Below, in pieces: positions 61,330 through 64,000 of a stretch of DNA of 64,000 nt; the first letter of the stretch is position 1, and each line of letters starts with the position of its first letter. Source of the stretch: Lytechinus variegatus. Taxonomy: Eukaryota. The DNA is taken from NCBI RefSeq assembly GCF_018143015.1, contig NC_054751.1, positions 28,385,438 through 28,449,437 on the forward strand, given 5' to 3'. The notes under the pieces were generated by a model, which saw only the letters and a list, made by a program, of their open reading frames with translations, was not told the DNA's origin and did no database searches. The translations under genes and the position numbers were made by a program.

Positions 61330-63195
61330 GTAAGTAGGCTAATTACCTTTGAGTTTTGCTTTTCATGATGTTGTTCATGTCGACTCAGTTTGAAGAAGAC
61401 ATTATTTCAAGCTTTGATCTGTAGAGCTATGGTCTTTTAACCTAGTGAGTGACCCAGGCTAGGTTTCATGGAGAGGACTCAGCAAGGTACATCATGAATA
61501 TTCATTGCATTCCATTCAAGTGTGATGCCAGAATCTGACATTGCCAATCAAAATATGTCCTCCTATGGTTTTTGGCAATGGCGTATGATGTCAATGGACT
61601 GTATGCCAGTAGCTTCACTAAGCCAAGAGAGGAATGCCAAGCACTGGCGTCCTCATGCTCTCTTTCCTTCTACAGCACCAGTAAGGGCCACTGTCTCTTA
61701 CGCGTTTTTATGAAGAATGTGGCCCAAGAACCGTATGTCAAGTTGCTATAGTATGTAGTAAAGACCGGGATGAATTGGCCTTTTCAGAGACATCTATATT
61801 GTTAACATGATCAGTCCATCAAATGTTCTTCTTTTTGTGCAAAAACCATATTTCATGGATATCACTGATTTGAAATGTTTCAGGTGGGTGTTTCATAAAG
61901 CTGGTTGGACTGTTCATATCAAATGCTAATTTTTTTTTTTTTCGAAAATGGACTTGCAAAAGGATTGTGTATTATATGCTGGGCTTATGTGATATCCCCA
62001 GCATTACATGTTCATACTTCTTGCACTAGGAGTCTTTTTCCGTTTTTTTTTTTTTTTTTTATTTTACTTTACTTGAAAACATCATGTCTGTTGTCTGTGG
62101 TTACACACAATGTTAATATATTTTTTGCCATCAAAGTTTTACAACCCATGATGTAAATAATTTGCTAACTCTGACAAAAATAGTCTGGGGCCCAAAACAC
62201 AAAACTTGGTAATGATCGTAAAACAATTTTTCTACCATTGATTCCATTGACTACAATGTACAATCAATCGTAAAACTCAAGCGTACGATCAATAGCTAAT
62301 CTTTGTGGTACGGGACACTGATTGCTTTTTGGTCTCAATGTCAGGGAAGCATTTCATTGCAAGATTTGTCACTGATATTGATGTTTTCTGAGCCAATCAG
62401 CTGCTAGGATTTATGTAGCTTGTCAATGAAAACTGACAAATCTTTACATGAACCCCCCCCCAGTCTAATATGGTGATAACTAATTTATTTTATTTATAAG
62501 ATTAAAGGTATTGTTTAACTTTGTGAGCAACTGATTTAAAAAAAATCTCAAACCAAGATGAAACATGTGTACAAGTGCATGTATTAGAACTAATAAACCC
62601 TGAAAACAACCATTATTGAGAATGGAAATCTAAACTACAAGGCAAACCCTGATTTTGTAAATAGGTGTCTTATAGACATCTAAATACTACACATAAGTGT
62701 ATGGGATGAAATTAAGATGGTGTTTCCAGTCACTATATATTTCAATTTTTGAAGCACTAAATAATTATTTTCGAACGTAATTTTTTCTGGGCTTCATTTT
62801 TGTAACATATTACAGACACAGGTGACAAGTGTGACCTTCTAGCTCAGATTTTTTAAAAGTCAAACCAATGTTAACCGATCACTTTAATAATACTCCTATG
62901 ACTATTATGTAGTCATTGTTCCATACATTGCAAATTTTCATAAGTTTTTGAGCTAGTGAATAATCTCATTTAAATGGGTTTTATAATTGTCTGTCTCTCT
63001 TTACATTAAACAGCCATTCTGTAAAGTTTACTATATTACTAACAATCAAAATTGGTATTTTTATTTCAAAATCTTATAAGGCCAAACAAAGCACATTTGA
63101 ATAAGCTTTCATATCAATTTGTATCTGTACTTTGAATAGATCTTTAGAGATAAACAAATTTATGAAAGTTTTTATTTACTTCTCCTTCCTGTACA

Positions 63196-63241
63196 GATAG
63201 AGGATATGGATCCACAGACTCTTGAAAGCAGAAAATTGGCA
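63196..63241 (+). CDS. Short internal exon of the same transcript. The gene continues beyond the window
   Basis: The acceptor is ttccttcctgtacag|ATAGAGG and the donor is GGCAG|gtttgt. Translation is IEDMDPQTLESRKLA. Confidence 0.45.
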
Positions 63242-63305
63242 GGTTTGTAGGCCATTTGATAAAAAACTTTTATTAGTGAAAAGAAAGAAAAAAATCTTGA
63301 GATGG

Positions 63306-63918
63306 GAAAGGACAAGTTCACCATAACAAAAAAATTTTTTTGTAATAAAAAGAAAATCAAACAAGCATAAATAACGCTGAAAAATTTTAATCAAAATCAG
63401 ATGTAAAATAAGAAAGTTATGACATTTTAAAGTTTCTCTTAATTTCTCACAACAGTTATATGGTCATCCTTGTCGGCATGCAAATGAGGAAACAGATGAC
63501 ATCACTCACTATTTCTTTTGTATTTTATTACATGAAATACAAAATATTCTAATTTTCTTTCCATTTTCAAGTGAAACAAGGATTAATTCCTCCCTGAACA
63601 TGTGGAATTAGCATTGTTTAGTACTACATGGTTCAGTCAAGTTGGTCCTCATTGTCAAATCTGTAAAAAATTAAAAATATTGTATAATTCAAACAATAAA
63701 AAACAAAAGAAATAGTGAGTGATGGACATCATCGACTGACTCATTTGCATGTCACTGAATTATGCATATCACTGTTTTGTGAATAATAAGCAAAACATTA
63801 AAATGCCATGACTTCCTTATTTTTCATCTGATTTTGATGAAATTTTCAGCGTTATGCTAGTTTGATTTTTCTATATTTATTCAAATCAACATTTTTTGGG
63901 GTGGACTTGACCTTTAAG
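63306..63918. mobile_element. Copy 5 of MITE family A
   Basis: aaaggacaagttcacc ... ggggtggacttgacctttaa, and the internal sequence is conserved. Confidence 0.8.
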
Positions 63919-64000
63919 ACCGGAGCAAATATTGCAGGATCTTTTCTCCATTTGTCATTAACATTTATGTTGCAATGTCTCACCAGTGTTATAGCTATTG

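Overview
This window is AT-rich, repeat-dense metazoan genomic DNA. Its multi-exon genes with GT-AG introns, tRNA-derived SINEs, MITEs and LINE/Penelope fragments suggest an invertebrate deuterostome (echinoderm-like) genome. There are no prokaryotic features: no operons and no CRISPR. The supplied ORF track accepts non-ATG starts, and most of its ORFs are read-through of introns or repeats.

Four gene fragments are supported by motif-level evidence.
(1) Plus strand, 891-1618: the last coding exon of a two-pore-domain K+ channel, carrying both selectivity filters (GYGN and GFGD).
(2) Minus strand, about 14.3-22.2 kb: a DUSP11/PIR1-type (or mRNA-capping-enzyme triphosphatase-like) dual-specificity phosphatase gene. 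Its exons are scattered over at least 8 kb, and the catalytic VHCTHGVNRTGYLICR exon at 16022-16082 is absent from the ORF track.
(3) Plus strand: a J-domain (DnaJ/Hsp40) gene with HPD-motif exons at 43882-43973 and 44683-44754. Phase-compatible Lys/Glu-rich and acidic exons at 57032-63241 may be its continuation or a separate gene.
(4) Minus strand, 10860-11355: a terminal exon encoding a Tyr/Pro/Gly/Asn-rich low-complexity tail with (N)DPYG repeats.

The rest of the window is mostly mobile DNA:
- five copies of a ~600-bp long-TIR MITE, one carrying a nested hairpin insertion;
- three copies of a composite element with a ~150-175-bp internal tandem satellite;
- a 1.2-kb foldback palindrome whose arms carry CRE, CCAAT and GCGCATGCGC motifs;
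- a TIR element with an internal 488-bp exact tandem duplication, plus a solo end of the same family;
- at least eight other MITE families;
- tRNA-derived SINEs;
- a 5'-truncated LINE reverse transcriptase capped by a perfect 30-bp hairpin;
- a Penelope-like GIY-YIG endonuclease fragment;
- long microsatellite and polypyrimidine tracts.
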